64,000 nt of DNA. Origin: Raillietiella orientalis (taxonomy: Eukaryota). The position numbers were made by a program, and so were the translations under genes. The notes under the pieces are model-generated. The model saw only the letters and a list, made by a program, of their open reading frames with translations. It was not told the DNA's origin and searched no databases. The stretch lies in assembly GCA_036172245.1 (NCBI GenBank), contig JAYWIR010000097.1:124001-188000 (forward strand). Direction: 5' to 3'. Of this stretch, positions 1 through 13,408 are shown piece after piece. Every line of letters begins with the position of its first letter. The first letter of the stretch is position 1.

Positions 1-621
1 TTCTATACTAATCCTTTCTACCTCTTACGGAATTTCCGCTTCTCAATGCAGCTCAAAGTGAATGATAAAAGCAGTCAGCTCAACAGCTCTTGTACAGACC
101 ACCATCCGCGCTTCGCTGGCAGCACGTAGCAATTGGGGAAGCAGAATCTGTACACTTCCCATGTAGTTCAGCAAGAGTGCTGATCGCTGCTGAAGCTGAT
201 GGCAGTAGCTTAACAGCAGTGGCCTTACACCGATAAACAGGAACGAATCTCGCAACTACAGGATTGCTTGCACCAGAGTGGAACATTAGATGCACGTTTG
301 TGCCCGAAAGCATTATGATTCGAAGCCATCATCATTACGAAGGGGATTACGTTTCACGACACAAAGCACTTGCTACATTGGTGAGGGACCGCTTTTGCAC
401 GGAACGGTATGGTTCGAGTCACTGTCGAGGCTACTTGCACTGTACCTCATTCCTCATAAATTGGTAATCTCCCCAGGTCCCTATCCGATCAACAAAGCTT
501 TTCTCTTTATCGAAGGAGTCGCTTGGTACTTTTGTAAGGAACAAATGTGCAAATCCCAAGCAAGCCACGGAAGCAGTGAGGGCATTAGTTCCCCAAAATA
601 TCAGAACAAAGAATAAGTTCT

Positions 622-2426
622 TTATTCCCCATCTCCGAAATATGTTTCCTGCTTTTTTATGAACTGAAAGGCTATGCTTTCAACAATTTCCTTGCGGAGA
701 TCGAGTGTTTCCTTTGCAGGAACGGGAAGTTCTACACTGGACGGTATGCTCTCTTGTGATATCTGGAAAGATGGTTGGCATGTTTCGCCAACATCTCTAG
801 ACTGACGTGCTTTCTCCTCCCTCTCTCTCATCAGTTTTGCCCTGTCTTCCAGGACCGATTTCAGTTCCGCGAGCATCATGCTGGCATGCCTCTGTGTGTT
901 GTGAATGCCTTCTGGATCCCTGGCGTTGTCTGGATTTACCCTCGCATTCTCTGCAGGGAGTTCGGAACAACCTTCAAACACTTCATCTACGATCTCATGA
1001 TCTGGGAAGAAAGTTTTTTCTGGGGGTTTGGATGTTTCCAGACACACATAATCCAAAGTGTTCACAGGCTTAGTGTTCTCTTTATCCTTCCAAATACCAA
1101 TCTCATTCAGTAACTGATTCAGATCTTCTAGCCAAGACTGCACAGTTTCTTGATGCCTGATAAGTTCGGAAGCTAACTGTTCATTGCTCATTGAGGATAT
1201 CTCCTCATATAAATCTAGTAACTGAATGCACTGCTCTGACATTTTCACTCCCAGTTGATGTATCTCAACTTGAAAAAAGGTCGACTGATTTCTTGGAATT
1301 GAAAAATGCTTGGAAAACGAATGGACCTCACTTCTAAATATTTGTATGGATGCCTGTAGTTCATCATCAACTTTCCTTATTTGGTCATCTGGTATAGTTT
1401 GTAAAGAAAGTTTTAGCAATTCTAAAAGTGGTTGAGTCTGCTTATTAAGTGATGGTATCATTCCGAGAGCTAATCGCCGAAAATATGCTGACTGGAGTAG
1501 AAAGAAATGCTCTATCCCCTTCTGTGAAAGATTATAGCACTACCTAGAGAACAGATTACTTACTCTCAAACAACCAAAACTCAGGGGAGGCTCATCTTGG
1601 ATCAATTTCTGAGAAAGCAAGTAATGATAAGAACTATCAAGAGCAAATTTCAATGTAGAGATTTTAAGTAGGGAAGCAATTGCTTGTAAAAAGGCTGTTG
1701 ATCCTTGCCATATAACCATACAAATTGAATTTTCTAAATCCCCCAATGGAAACAATTTCTTTGTATTGCAACCACGACAGTACTTAAATTGCTTAACTGC
1801 TTTCAGAGCAATAAGCAAATTGGATTTCAAGTGCGATACTATCTCCAGAAAATTTTTCAAAGAGCAAACTGATGTCCATATAGTCCAATAATGTATCAAG
1901 AATCTGGGTCCAAAAATTGGTCCAGAAATAATGACAAAAGCTCTGACCAAACAATGCATACTTTGGAATTACTGCAACAGTCACTCACTTCTGAATCCAG
2001 GAACTGCTTACATGCGGCAAGAATTCCAATACAATACTAGAAAGAAAATCACCATCCTCAGGAAGTAAGCAATTACTACTCAGGATCACATCAAGAGATC
2101 GGTGATGTAAACAAGACAGCTACGCCCTTCTTTTAAGAACAAACGCTCTTATCCTTACCCAATTATTTGGAAGGGACGGAATAAATAAAGTCAACTGTTT
2201 GATTAGAGACCAAAAGTTTGAAAACATGTGAATGCTTTTAGTGTCTTCATTATGATAATGCGCCACAGGTAGATTATTTTTGGAGGTCAATAGCTCAGAA
2301 TCCCACCCAAGACTTAGGAGGTAATCACCAAGAGGGCTCTCCTAGACACGAACAATAACAAAGGAACAATTTAATTCTTTATGATCTCACTTTCCAGGTG
2401 ACTTCTTCCTCCTCACCTATATCCAT
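622..2426 (-). CDS. Multi-exon gene, probable divergent HAUS6/Dgt6 (augmin subunit 6)-like protein with coiled-coil C-terminal half, ~542 aa
   Basis: Exons 2426-2391, 2341-2159, 2119-1989, 1942-1564, 1521-622 join in frame through GT-AG introns of 49/39/46/42 nt (1629 nt incl. TAA). The N-terminus EVTWKESPLGDYLLSLGWDSE...ISGPIFGPRFLIHYW resembles human HAUS6 as recalled (SVTAFEKEHLWMYLQALGFEP...LFLSPGGPKFIHLMYHF). The gene model is fairly solid; the family assignment is tentative. Confidence 0.55.
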
Positions 2427-2435
2427 AGCATCTAG

Positions 2436-2466
<31 letters not shown>

Positions 2467-2798
2467 GATGAAACTAAAACATTAGGGTGGTCATTGGCCA
2501 TATGCATTCATGCCTACCACCTCACTCAAATTTATGCATCAAGCAACAATGCATTTCAAAAAAAAAGAATAGTGAACACCGAATCATAAAAGAATAGCGA
2601 ACAAACATCTGATCAACAACAATAACCTTAGGGGCAAACAGAAAAGAAAGGAACAATGGACAATACAGAAGCATAATTGGCACTGTAAGCATGCCTTTTT
2701 CAATTTTATTTTTGGAATCCCCTAGTTTTACTCCTCAAAATGGATAAATTCCAGTAAACCGTTGCAAAGTTAATCCTTATGGGCATTTATAGAACAGC

Positions 2799-2867
2799 GT
2801 CACGTGAGAATTTGTTTTGGTTTTTTCATTTTCCTCAGATATCGAATTTTCTATTTTCTCGCGAGAA
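2799..2867. promoter_or_regulatory. Candidate promoter motifs upstream of the HAUS6-like gene: E-box GTCACGTGAG and palindromic TTCTCGCGAGAA (CGCG element)
   Basis: GTCACGTGAG at 2799-2808 and a 12-bp palindrome containing TCTCGCGAGA at 2856-2867, ~400 bp upstream of the ATG in otherwise CpG-poor DNA. Confidence 0.3.
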
Positions 2868-4284
2868 TCAGAAAAAAGGTAAAAAACAAACCAGTTTCAT
2901 AAAAGACAAAATTTTTACTCTCTTCTCATTGCCTACTTTACCTAAACCTCCATTCTTCATATTGCCAAAATAAAGTCACCTTTGCATATTAAATGATGGA
3001 TGTTTCAACCACATTGTACCCATGTATCGCATCGATCTTCAAATGATAAAACTCCAGGATATGAATTTCGAAAGTTCACATGGCACCATATTTTATGCCC
3101 CTATTTTTCTCTCAACTTTATCAATGACAAACTTCCTACACACTGCCAACAAACCAACAAGCATTGGATGCACATCATGAACAGATATGTAGGAAACCTT
3201 ATACGCAGAGATTACACTTGAAAAATGAAATTGTTTCTCTATATGTTCCATGAATTATACAACGGGGTTGCAATTTTTATGTGAAAACTCCTCCAACTCT
3301 TCATTTAACTGAATATTGTGACAGCCAGTGACTAATATCTTTAGTCCATGCATATGCGAAGATTGAACAAACAGCGTCTAAAAATCTCAATGGGAACCTG
3401 CCAATCTTATCTTCACATGCATTAGCCAACGGAATTTTGGTTCGGATTAAACACAAGTTTCAAAAAATTGGCACTACTCACAGCTGGCCTTGTACATTGA
3501 GGGAGGAGGAGGAGAACATGGCTACCAGCCTACATGACTAGTAGTCGTTGCATTATGAAGAATGAAGTCGTTTTAGAAAATAACGAGGGGAAAAAAATCA
3601 ATGAGTAAATTTCCGAATGCTAATGAATGAGTGTGTGAAGGTTTGCTTCATCACCAGATTCATCAGAGGCAAGAAATATCCCCAAGAATATTTTGCATCC
3701 ATGTAATTAATTTACATGGAAACAAAAGAAAAGCGTTTCCTTTTTCAATTCGATACCTACAATTTATAAAAATTAATTTGTTTTTTTTTCATTCGAAACT
3801 GAAATTAAGGATTGGGGCAGGTACTATCCCATCGGTTACAAGTATAGTATGATATCTTGATATAGATAAATTCCTCCATGTTCGGATTTTTCAAATAATG
3901 GATCGATGTGGCCGTTATTTTTGCATAGCCTGAAAACATTCCATACTTCGACATTTGCTTAATGTTTGTTTCTTTAAATGGAGAACTGAAACACATCCGT
4001 CAACCACACTTTTGCATTCCAATTATCGAACACTGTTTTCATTTACTAAGAATTAATCTCCAAGTTGTTTGCTCTTTCACCACTTTTCAAGATTGTTTTC
4101 GAAAGCGCAGCCAATAAAATGGTCAAGATGATTATTTCTTCACATAAAAATATTACAAGTGCAAAAAGGAGGAAGCATGCTATTGCATCAGAGCAAAAAT
4201 GTGATTTCGAGGTAGACTGTTATAGAAGAAATAACAAATATCGGAAAAGCACTTGGAATTAATCAATTAGAAACTTTGACTAAT

Positions 4285-4500
4285 GAGAAAATGAAATGTT
4301 CGGAAACTGCTCGGTGCATACTCGGAAAGATTGACTGATGACGATCTGCTTTTAGATCAACAAAGTGCATTTGAAGGAGTTGACCATGACGTCAAAGACT
4401 GGATGAGTATGGAGGGATTTCTCTCAAGGAATTTGAAGATATCTTTCGGGCTGTAGAAGTTGTGATATGAAAAATTATGGATGTCGGAGCATCCGAATCC
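4285..4500 (+). mobile_element. Tigger/pogo-type transposase C-terminal fragment (decayed)
   Basis: Translates NVRKLLGAYSERLTDDDLLLDQQSAFEGVDHD, then after a frameshift LKEFEDIFRAVEVVI*KIMDV. This resembles the C-terminal region of Tigger-family transposases; stop and frameshift are present. Confidence 0.5.
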
Positions 4501-4964
4501 GCGGAGATGAAATTGCTTCAGAATTCATTAGATCGATTCTGTTCGGAATCGATCTAAACTAGGGATTCATTCGAGAATAAACACAAACAACATTCACAAA
4601 AATCTTTGAGCACCACTTACTATCCGACCATGCGGATATGGATTAAGAGAGGAAGTGGATTCCAGAAGATGATTCACGCACTTATCACCAAGAGAGCCAC
4701 AAGCGCATAACAAAAATACAAGGGTTCAGTTTCAAAGAAATACAGTATGGACTCGGTTGCCTTGACTATTCATGTAACAAGCGCAAGTTTTGTGGAGTTG
4801 AAATGCAACCCCAATAAAGTAATGCAAGCATGAAAACTTCACACAGTTTTCTTTGACTACCCGATTTGTCTAAACAAAGGGACGCCTAATACATGCAAAA
4901 CTCTGAGCCATTTTTTATGCTTGTCGCCTCCTTGGCTTTCTGTTTCTGTAGTCGGTTGTAACTG

Positions 4965-4995
<31 letters not shown>

Positions 4996-6339
4996 CGGTT
5001 CTACGTGCGAGCATTTTGATCAGGTGTTGTAGAACACCTTCAACTACCTTTTTTTTGCACATCTACAAGATGCATTGAACTTTCTCCTGATTCTTGCACG
5101 CCTTTTAATGCAACGTCGCTCCCAAATGTTAACTGCTAAAGAGTATTTGCGATTAACGGGCACCTTTTATGGATCTGTTGCAAAGGTGCCACTTTTTGCA
5201 CCTGCCGAACAACCATGTAGACTATATCAATGCTGCACGATTTTTTGCGGCTTAGCTTGTTCACAAAGTCGATGACTGACCTCTTCGTTGCCAAACCTCG
5301 CGACAGCCCTCGAGTTTCAACAAATTATTCTACGGGATCGACAACGTCCAAGGAATCAGAGCCGATTCCGGTCAACATCGCGAATACTTTCGGGAACCTA
5401 TAAAACCGGAAACTGTGCGAGATGTCCAAAGTATCGCTACCCAAATCCCGTTGAAAGTCCCCCGAACAGCCAGTTCAACCTGGGGACTCCAGGCGCCGTA
5501 GATCGTGGAGTCAGGAGACGTTTCTGCGCCTATGGACTAACGCAACGGTGCTGAGCTATCGTATCGACCACTGCTTCGGTCGTGCCAACGCTTCGACTCC
5601 TTTATGGAAAGCGCTGATCTGCCTCACAGGCATATCTGTCGGACCACAAACGAAAGCAAAAACTAAATCAGAAAAAAATGCAATACTTTCTGAAAACATG
5701 CAAAACTACACACACGAATCCCAATTGGAAATCAAATACTGCGAGGACCTCTGGCTGCTATCAATCCAGCATCTGTGACGCGATTTGCACGAGCGTTATA
5801 CCTTTGTTAAAATCGCTATTACTGATTGTTCTCACGAGGAATTCACATCAAGCAAACCACTATATGATAAGCACATACCATGCTTTGAAAGATCTCGATA
5901 GTAGATAATGAAGATATGGCTTTCCGCAAATATATGGTCGAAAAAAACAATGCCTGAATGATTTCTATGTACTTAAAATGGTAATTTATTGGAAAATTGC
6001 TGAAAAAACTTTTAGGTTTACATTAGAAATATATGTTTGAATCTATTACTGTTCCTGGATGATTTAGAATCCAACCATACCACCAACAATAATAAACAAT
6101 ACTATTAGTTAAAGTAATCACACACAGGACTTTGAAAGTCCAAAAACTCATAATAAATACTGGCCTAAAGCACAACTATTTTGAGTAGTTTCCGGAAATT
6201 CTGCAACTTTATGCAGTCTTGATGTCTAAAAAGTATTTTAAAATGAAAAGAGGAATGAGATGCTAAAAAGGCTAAGTCACAATGGTTTGGACGGCAACAT
6301 GGGAAATTAACTTAATTCCAAAAAGTATCACAGGGACAT

Positions 6340-9300
6340 TCAAACTAACGTAGCACTGTTTGATACTACTGCTGGCTCTTTAACCTGCCACGATGGCGGT
6401 TGATTTGGAACCAAATCAGTTGACTGGACTGTCCGAAATCGGGTGCTGTATTTGTAGAAGTCAGCCATCTCAAATGCTTTCAATTCTTCTCGATATGGTT
6501 GCCATTTTCCTGCACTTATAACAGTCTGATTGCATGGAATTTCTAGGGGAACCTCTAGCATTTTATCAAGTAAACGTCTACCTCGAAAGCAATCCACTAC
6601 ATTGTCGAAACACAATTCTCTTTTAGAACCTTCCTGGGGACTGACTTTGAACGGTGTCAGACATGTTTCAGGACCTGGTTCAAGAATATCCTTTTCAGCA
6701 ATGGAATTCTTGGCACTTCGATGATATGCATGCAACAGATTCTGCAGTCCCCATCCTTCAGATATCGACTTGCTACGGCGTACTTGGTGCGTATTTGTTG
6801 TTGCTGACTGTTCTGGTAGACCAACAGTACTAGAAGATCCATAGCCACTGTCACGTTGCCTTTGAGAAACGTGTTCCAATGGGGACAAATCCATTTGTAA
6901 CAAAAGTGAATTATCTTCTAGGATTTCTCGTACTTTATCTTTTGTGGCGTTCACGTCACACCTGCACACAAGGAAAACAAAATAACTTCTTAAAGAAACC
7001 AACACAGAAAGCAAAATTTAAAGTCACTCATTCCAAGCATTGGATATTTGCTTCTCAGGAGTCTAGATTCAGTATTAATCATGGTGCATTCTATCTAACA
7101 TTCTAATTGCAAGCATACCACACTCACCTAAGATTTGAAGGAACAAGGTCTTCCAAACTATGATGTGCAATGCTGACACGCTGATCTGAAAGGCTATATA
7201 AAGCAGAAGAAACATGGGCAGTATCTTGCAATGGAATGGAAGATAACAAGTCCCGGTAAGGCCTCCTACATCGACTCAGAGGAGAAGCAGGAAGGGAAGT
7301 TATATTATCTAGAGCAGTTTGGGAAGCAGTGAGACTTGGAAGACCTGCTGGCACTAAAGATCAAACTTAAGCGTATGAAGCAGTCTCACCATCCAGATTA
7401 TCTTCAGCAGACCTGGGTTTTTTTTTGGGTTTTTGCATCTTCTTAAGATACGAGTTAAACATTTCTTCTTTTTCCTGAAGACGCCGCTGAGCTGCTTGCA
7501 ATTGCTTTTTACGTTTTCTTTGCACAGTACGGCTAGCTCCAGGCTCGTTACATAATTTACTTAGTGCTTCAACAATTTGTTTTTGCATTTCACATTCCAA
7601 TTTGAGATTTGCTTCCTTTTCTTCCTCAGGTGTTGCTCCAGAGCTCAGATGATTCAACACAGACTCAGGTAAGGCAAAATTCGTTCCTACACGTTTTCGA
7701 ATGGGTGGCAAATGCTCATTTGGAAACAATGCTATTTCTGCAGGATAGTAACCAATCAATGCCGCCTCTTCACAGCACAAAACTTTGAGTTCTTCCATCT
7801 TTGCTTGCAATTTCGACTCCAGATTCTCTTTTCTTAACCTCAAAATCAATAAATTTTCATTTTGAGTGGTTTGCTCATCCTGATCATTTTCTTATGCTAG
7901 GTGTAAAAACCTGAGTGAAGCATCTTTTTAACTTACTGGCTTGAGAACTAGGTGCACTTCCACTCTGGGCACTGCTGCACTGACTCAAACTAGATACAGA
8001 ATTGGAACTCGATAGTGACAACTGACTACATGCAGTACTAAGATCATGTGTTAAAGAATTTAACTCTCGCACCGAGAATTGCTTTGTATGCTATGAAATC
8101 ATAAGTACATTACTACATAGAGGAAATCTAATTTACTTTGTTTTTCCTATCCAAGTAAAACTGATACTGTGCAACTGCCATAGACCAAATGGCTTTTGTT
8201 AGGGACTGGGACTCAGTATACCAAGGATATACATTTACATGACCTGGTGCAAAAGTGCGACGACTTACAGATACCCTAATAGAAGCAAAAAAGAAAATCG
8301 CAGTTTCATGAGACACTTACTGTGTGCTAGAATCAGATATGGCATGTAGGAGATCATCATTTTTGTGGACGGATGAGTTTTCTATGGCATCCTCATACAA
8401 ATTGAAACTACTAAGTACATGAACTACCCTGATATGAATGGCAAATATTTGCTAATCCACATTATTCGATCTTACCTTTTGTTATCATGCACTTCTATGG
8501 AAAATTTTTTATCTCGAAAATACAAATTATCTAACTGTTTCCAGAGAAACTTCTACAGCTCAGTATTAGTATCTGAAATGATCAAGTAAATACTTACCAA
8601 GCGTGGTAACTTCTTGTCAAATACATCATACTGAGCAATTCCAATGTGACTGATGCCAAGATACAACGACTGATTGTTCTTATTTTTCACTTTGTAATAG
8701 TGAACACCATATGCTGCCTGTATTTCAACAAGATTTAAATAACTGAAATCGAGTGTATAAATGTACATGTACTTAATATACTAAACCTTAGTATACAATT
8801 TCCTCTGGATTGTCCTTTCAGTTTCTTGTACAATTCAATTATTCGTGAGTCACTAAAAACCAAATTTAAGCTACGAGCATATAAGAGGAAGAGCATGCAT
8901 GCACAATATTATCATTAAACCTAGAAAGACCACATCACAATCCAAAACATTTACGCTATTCCCCAGAAATACACAACAAACCACATGCTTATAAAATATT
9001 CCTTAGTGAACAGCTATATGCACACTGACAATGACTTACCAGATAGCCTTTCTAAAAAAATGATAAATCTTTACTTGCATTACCTCAAAATTGCTTATAT
9101 GAATGAAGAAAAAGTTGCAAACAAATCTTTAACGCTAAATATATTATCCATCTGAATGTGAAAACAAAGAAACGATTGCAATGCCATCTAACAAAAGAGA
9201 TTCCTTTATGATGACAAAATTTGTTTGGTTAGATTGATTTTTCTATCACTTATTTGATTTGTTAAATGCTTAAATTCGTAATTTACAAGTTACAAGTAAG

Positions 9301-10092
9301 GCTACATGATGTTACATGTTATAATTAAACTGGCTGAGTACATTGTTATGTAACAATTCGTTACCTAGAAATCCAAAAGTAAAAATAAAGTACTTACATA
9401 CTGTGAGAGGAAGGAAACTCCTTTAATACATCTTCAGGAATGAGGACCGATAAATTCTTAATGTTGCCACTAATACTTTCTTCACTAGGAACAGACGTTT
9501 TGAGCAGTTTCAAAAAGAAAATCAACTTACTCGACGAAATCTCCGCATGATATCTGAAGTGTCAAGGCAGCTAATCGACAAGCCGTGATGCTATCCACGC
9601 CTAGCAATCCCTAAAGTACACAACCGAGATTAAGCGGCGGCTCCACGAGAGGAGCAGCAAAAAAATGTAAACACTGATCAGCTATGCACACCCACCACGT
9701 CTTCATCTTTGCCTTTTGCGCCTTTTGTGTTTCTTGCGATTATCAAATACAAATTCTGGGAGAGGTTCATGTAAGGAGATTTTTCGAAATGCATTGCCGA
9801 CAGTTAAATTCATATCACACGGACACGCGGATCGAAAATTTAAATCATTTACACGATTTCCGAGAACGGGTGCAGCATAGAAGGACCACCGCAGAACGGC
9901 AAATATCAACAGCGAACTGCGTTCTTCCTCCGTGGCGGAAATTTTTATTCGGCACAAACAAACAAAACTGTGCAAGTCGGGAGTCAATATTAGCAAGTGT
10001 TTATAAACACGAAAACGTATTTAATAAAACACAGGTATTCACAAACACGACCTATATATATATATATATATATAGGTCGTGTTTGTGAATTT

Positions 10093-10127
<35 letters not shown>

Positions 10128-13100
10128 AACACACATGGGTTTCTGAAGAATATGCAACCTCGTAAAAAGAAAAAATTTTTTAAGATTACTTTCCGTAAAC
10201 ACTAGTGCAACAAACGTGTACAATAAAAGCAATTCATGATGACCCAAGCAATAAACATCATCAATCACGGGCACCGTGGCGATGAAACCGCGTTTACTCG
10301 ATAATAAATTCGGAAGAGGGGCAATCCGGGCTGTAAAAGAAGTGCCCAATTTCTTCGTCAACACAAGCAGCATGTCAAAAAAACAAGTGAAAATACTACA
10401 TATGATGGAAATACACATGTGATCAGAAACAAACGTTTCCACGGGAGGGGGGGGGGCAACCGCAACCGCAAGTACTACATCCGAGCAGTGCTTCGGGGAA
10501 AAAAAAAAAAAAAAAAATTTCTCTTGAAAGGCTAACACGCTGATACAATCACTGAAATATCACGGGATTGGTGTTCGTTCATGTCATGGCACTCGAATAC
10601 TTTGGGCAACACAGAACTTGGTGGTAACTCACCTTTTGCACGAGGCTCTTGGCTTGCAAATAAAAAAGCTCGATTGTCTCTGCACACGACAGTTCAGACA
10701 CACTTTCCACAAAAAACCTGAAAAGACAACCAACATCCAGGAAACGGCTGCATAAAATGGTTGCTTCACTTACTTCACCAAAAAATAAAGCACGATGGGT
10801 TGAAGGCATCGCTTGGGAAAATCGTGATCGAATACTTTATTCCTGGGTTGTAACCATATGTAATGGCCTCTGAAAAGGTTTTTTTTTTAAAAAAAAAAAA
10901 AAAGTTAAACAAATAAGATGTCGAATCCCGGACATGAAAAACAAAAGATAACTTTTATAAACAGAATACCGGACTGCAGCCAAATAGCTTCAGTGCAAAA
11001 CAAGTTAGCTTATGAGAGATGGTAATACAACGAGATCCGCAACTCCAAGTGGTCATTTGGTTTCTGGCATGATTGCTTTCAGTGAACAACACACTCGTGA
11101 TCCTAAGGAACGGTGTACCAGGAAACTGGCAGAACAGAAACTTCCAATGAAACAGAAACGAACTTTTTAAAGCTGCAATGAACTTGCGAAATTGCATTTC
11201 CTAATCACACACAACACTGTGTTTCAAATCAATGAATCATCCAGGAACTAAGAACTATTCACCTCTAGAAAAACACGTAGACGTAAATTGGTGACAGAAA
11301 ACAAATCCCAAAACTCCCTTCACTATAATAGAGGGGGAAAAGGACAGCGTTATTAACAGAAAGAATTTGCAAGCCATGTAAGAGATGGAAGCTAATACAT
11401 GAAGAACTCCAATACTGGGAACTTTGTTATACCTGTCACATACACGAACAGACGAAAGATGGAAAAAAGAAAAGAAAAAAAAGGGGAGGAAACTGTTCGA
11501 AATCTGCGTCCGAGCTAAATTCATCGATCAAGTTCATTAAGCAGGACGATTATTACAAAAAGTATGAAAAAAAAAAAAAAAATACCTTGAGGTTCTGCAC
11601 AACCTGCTTTTCGTTTTAGAAAAATGCAACCTGGAAAATAAAACCAACGTTTGTTTACAGAATAAATTTACAAATTTGATAGGAACCACGAGTTCATGTA
11701 GAGATGTACGAATTCCATGTATAAGCTGAAATGCATGACAAACAGTAATAGAGACAACATTACTCAACTCTTAGAACCATGAATCACTACGGAGCTATCA
11801 CACTTCAGAACTACGAATTCCTACTGTCCCTTCTCTTTTGTTAATCCTGATAAAAGCATAAAGTGTGTTCATAATGTCAATCGCAAAAAATGAATTCCGG
11901 AATTTATATGTTAGTACTCAAGCAAAAGTTAAAAGATTTCAAATAAACATCCATGAATTTTCCGTGTTTCACATTGAAAGAGACAATCTGTTTGTAAGTC
12001 ACACAAAGCACACAAGACGAAGTAACACAGACATAAATCATTTGATATAAACCAGTGTGATCTGCATTAAATTCCATCACACCTGATAATAAAAACAAAC
12101 ACAAAAATCCTTGACGAACGTGCATGCATACGAGCAGATTGGGAATCTGTTTCAAAAGCTGAATACGCCTCTCGTGAGTAAGAATGACAATATGCAGAAT
12201 AATAAAGCTGACTGAGTTTTACGGCAGAAAAGCATGCATTCAACATAGAATGCACAAGTTCCACAGATATCTAGGTAGAAATGTTCTATTTTAGTAGGTA
12301 GAAATGTTGACAATGGCGATGGATGTGCAATATGAGCAACTGATCACAATTATTAATAAAATAAGTAACCATGTTTAAAGTTTTGAATAACACGAACACA
12401 ACAAAGATTAACTACTAATAAATACTCCAAACAATGAAAAATCGACACAACTAGACACCAGTTTAGTTACACTACTGAACTGCTCTTTGGCTGCAAATCA
12501 TTTGTTAATTAAAAAAACAAGCCTGAAAAAGTGAATGATGCTGTATTACTTAACTTTCTTTGATTACATACAAATGAGACATCCAAATATTTTTCGGATG
12601 CACATTTACAATAAATATTGATTCACCAATAAATACATCACATATCAATACAAGATCTTTTAATATTAAAATGAATAATTTTACTTTTAATTTTGGTTTA
12701 CTAATCAATAATTGTTTGTAACTGTTGAATTATATTTCTATTCTACATAAGAAACAGGTGACATTCACAAAATGCATTGAATGGGGCACAGCAAATAAAC
12801 TTTTGAATGTTATTAATAATCACAAAGAATACAATTTAAACTTGCATAGCAATTTTCAGAAAGACTTATTCTGGTGTCAAAGAACAACTTATATGGAAAA
12901 CCATTAATTATTCATCATTACCATGGAAAATTGTGCACTAGTCAAGAACAATTACAGGCATTTTTGAAAATTCCACCATGGAAGACCTCCATAAATTAGG
13001 TGTGTAACAATATAGAGCTAATTACTTTCTTACACAAAGCAAATTTTTAAGGTCACATCACATATGTAAATCATCCTGCATTATGTGCAGATTAAAAGTC

Positions 13101-13408
13101 AAAAGAAGTCTAAAGTCAACACTCAATTACCGTTCTGTGAACAAGATGCAATTATAAAAATGCGGAAGCAGATAAGAGATAAATGCAACATGTAATCATG
13201 GGATAGAACGACTGACAACATGTTTAGCAAATGCTTAACAAAGACCTTACGTATCATCAACATATGCAAGTCCAAAATATTTTTTTTCTTTTGCTGAGCA
13301 ATGTGAAGCAACCAGATCTAAGAGTTCTCCTGTCAAAAGACTAGCTTGGGCAGTAATCTCCAATTTACTATCATCAAGTAGGACAATCTGCAATTTCCTG
13401 TGATCCAT
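6340..13408 (-). CDS. FRMD4: FERM domain-containing protein 4 (FRMD4A/B-like; FERM + CUPID coiled coil), ~844 aa
   Basis: 14 exons: 13408-13251, 10869-10774, 10717-10633, 9610-9531, 9484-9398, 8852-8787, 8742-8598, 8552-8476, 8428-8321, 8275-8137, 8090-7937, 7890-7390, 7344-7128, 6961-6340 (2535 nt, in frame). Motifs: MDHRKLQIVLLDDSKLE, ELLDLVASH, VFDHDFPK, TIELFYLQAKS, YGVHYYKVK, WKQLDNLYFRDKKFSIEVHD, VSRRTF, AIWSMAVAQYQFYLDRK, EELKVLCCEEAALIG, PIRKRVGTNF, C-terminal ATLV*. An upstream coding or UTR exon is possible. Confidence 0.93.
10037..10090. repeat. Perfect 54-bp palindrome centred on (TA)11
   Basis: ATTCACAAACACGACC-(TA)11-GGTCGTGTTTGTGAAT, followed by a second (TA)n run; lies in FRMD4 intron 3. 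Confidence 0.95.

Noticed and set aside
4528..4562. Helitron 3' end (12-bp hairpin followed by CTAG)
   Set aside because: The hairpin is real, but CTAG follows almost immediately rather than ~10 nt later, and no other Helitron feature is visible.
5454..5470. RNase MRP CR-I-like GAAAGTCCCC
   Set aside because: No distal GGGGCT CR-V partner; the sequence pairs locally instead.
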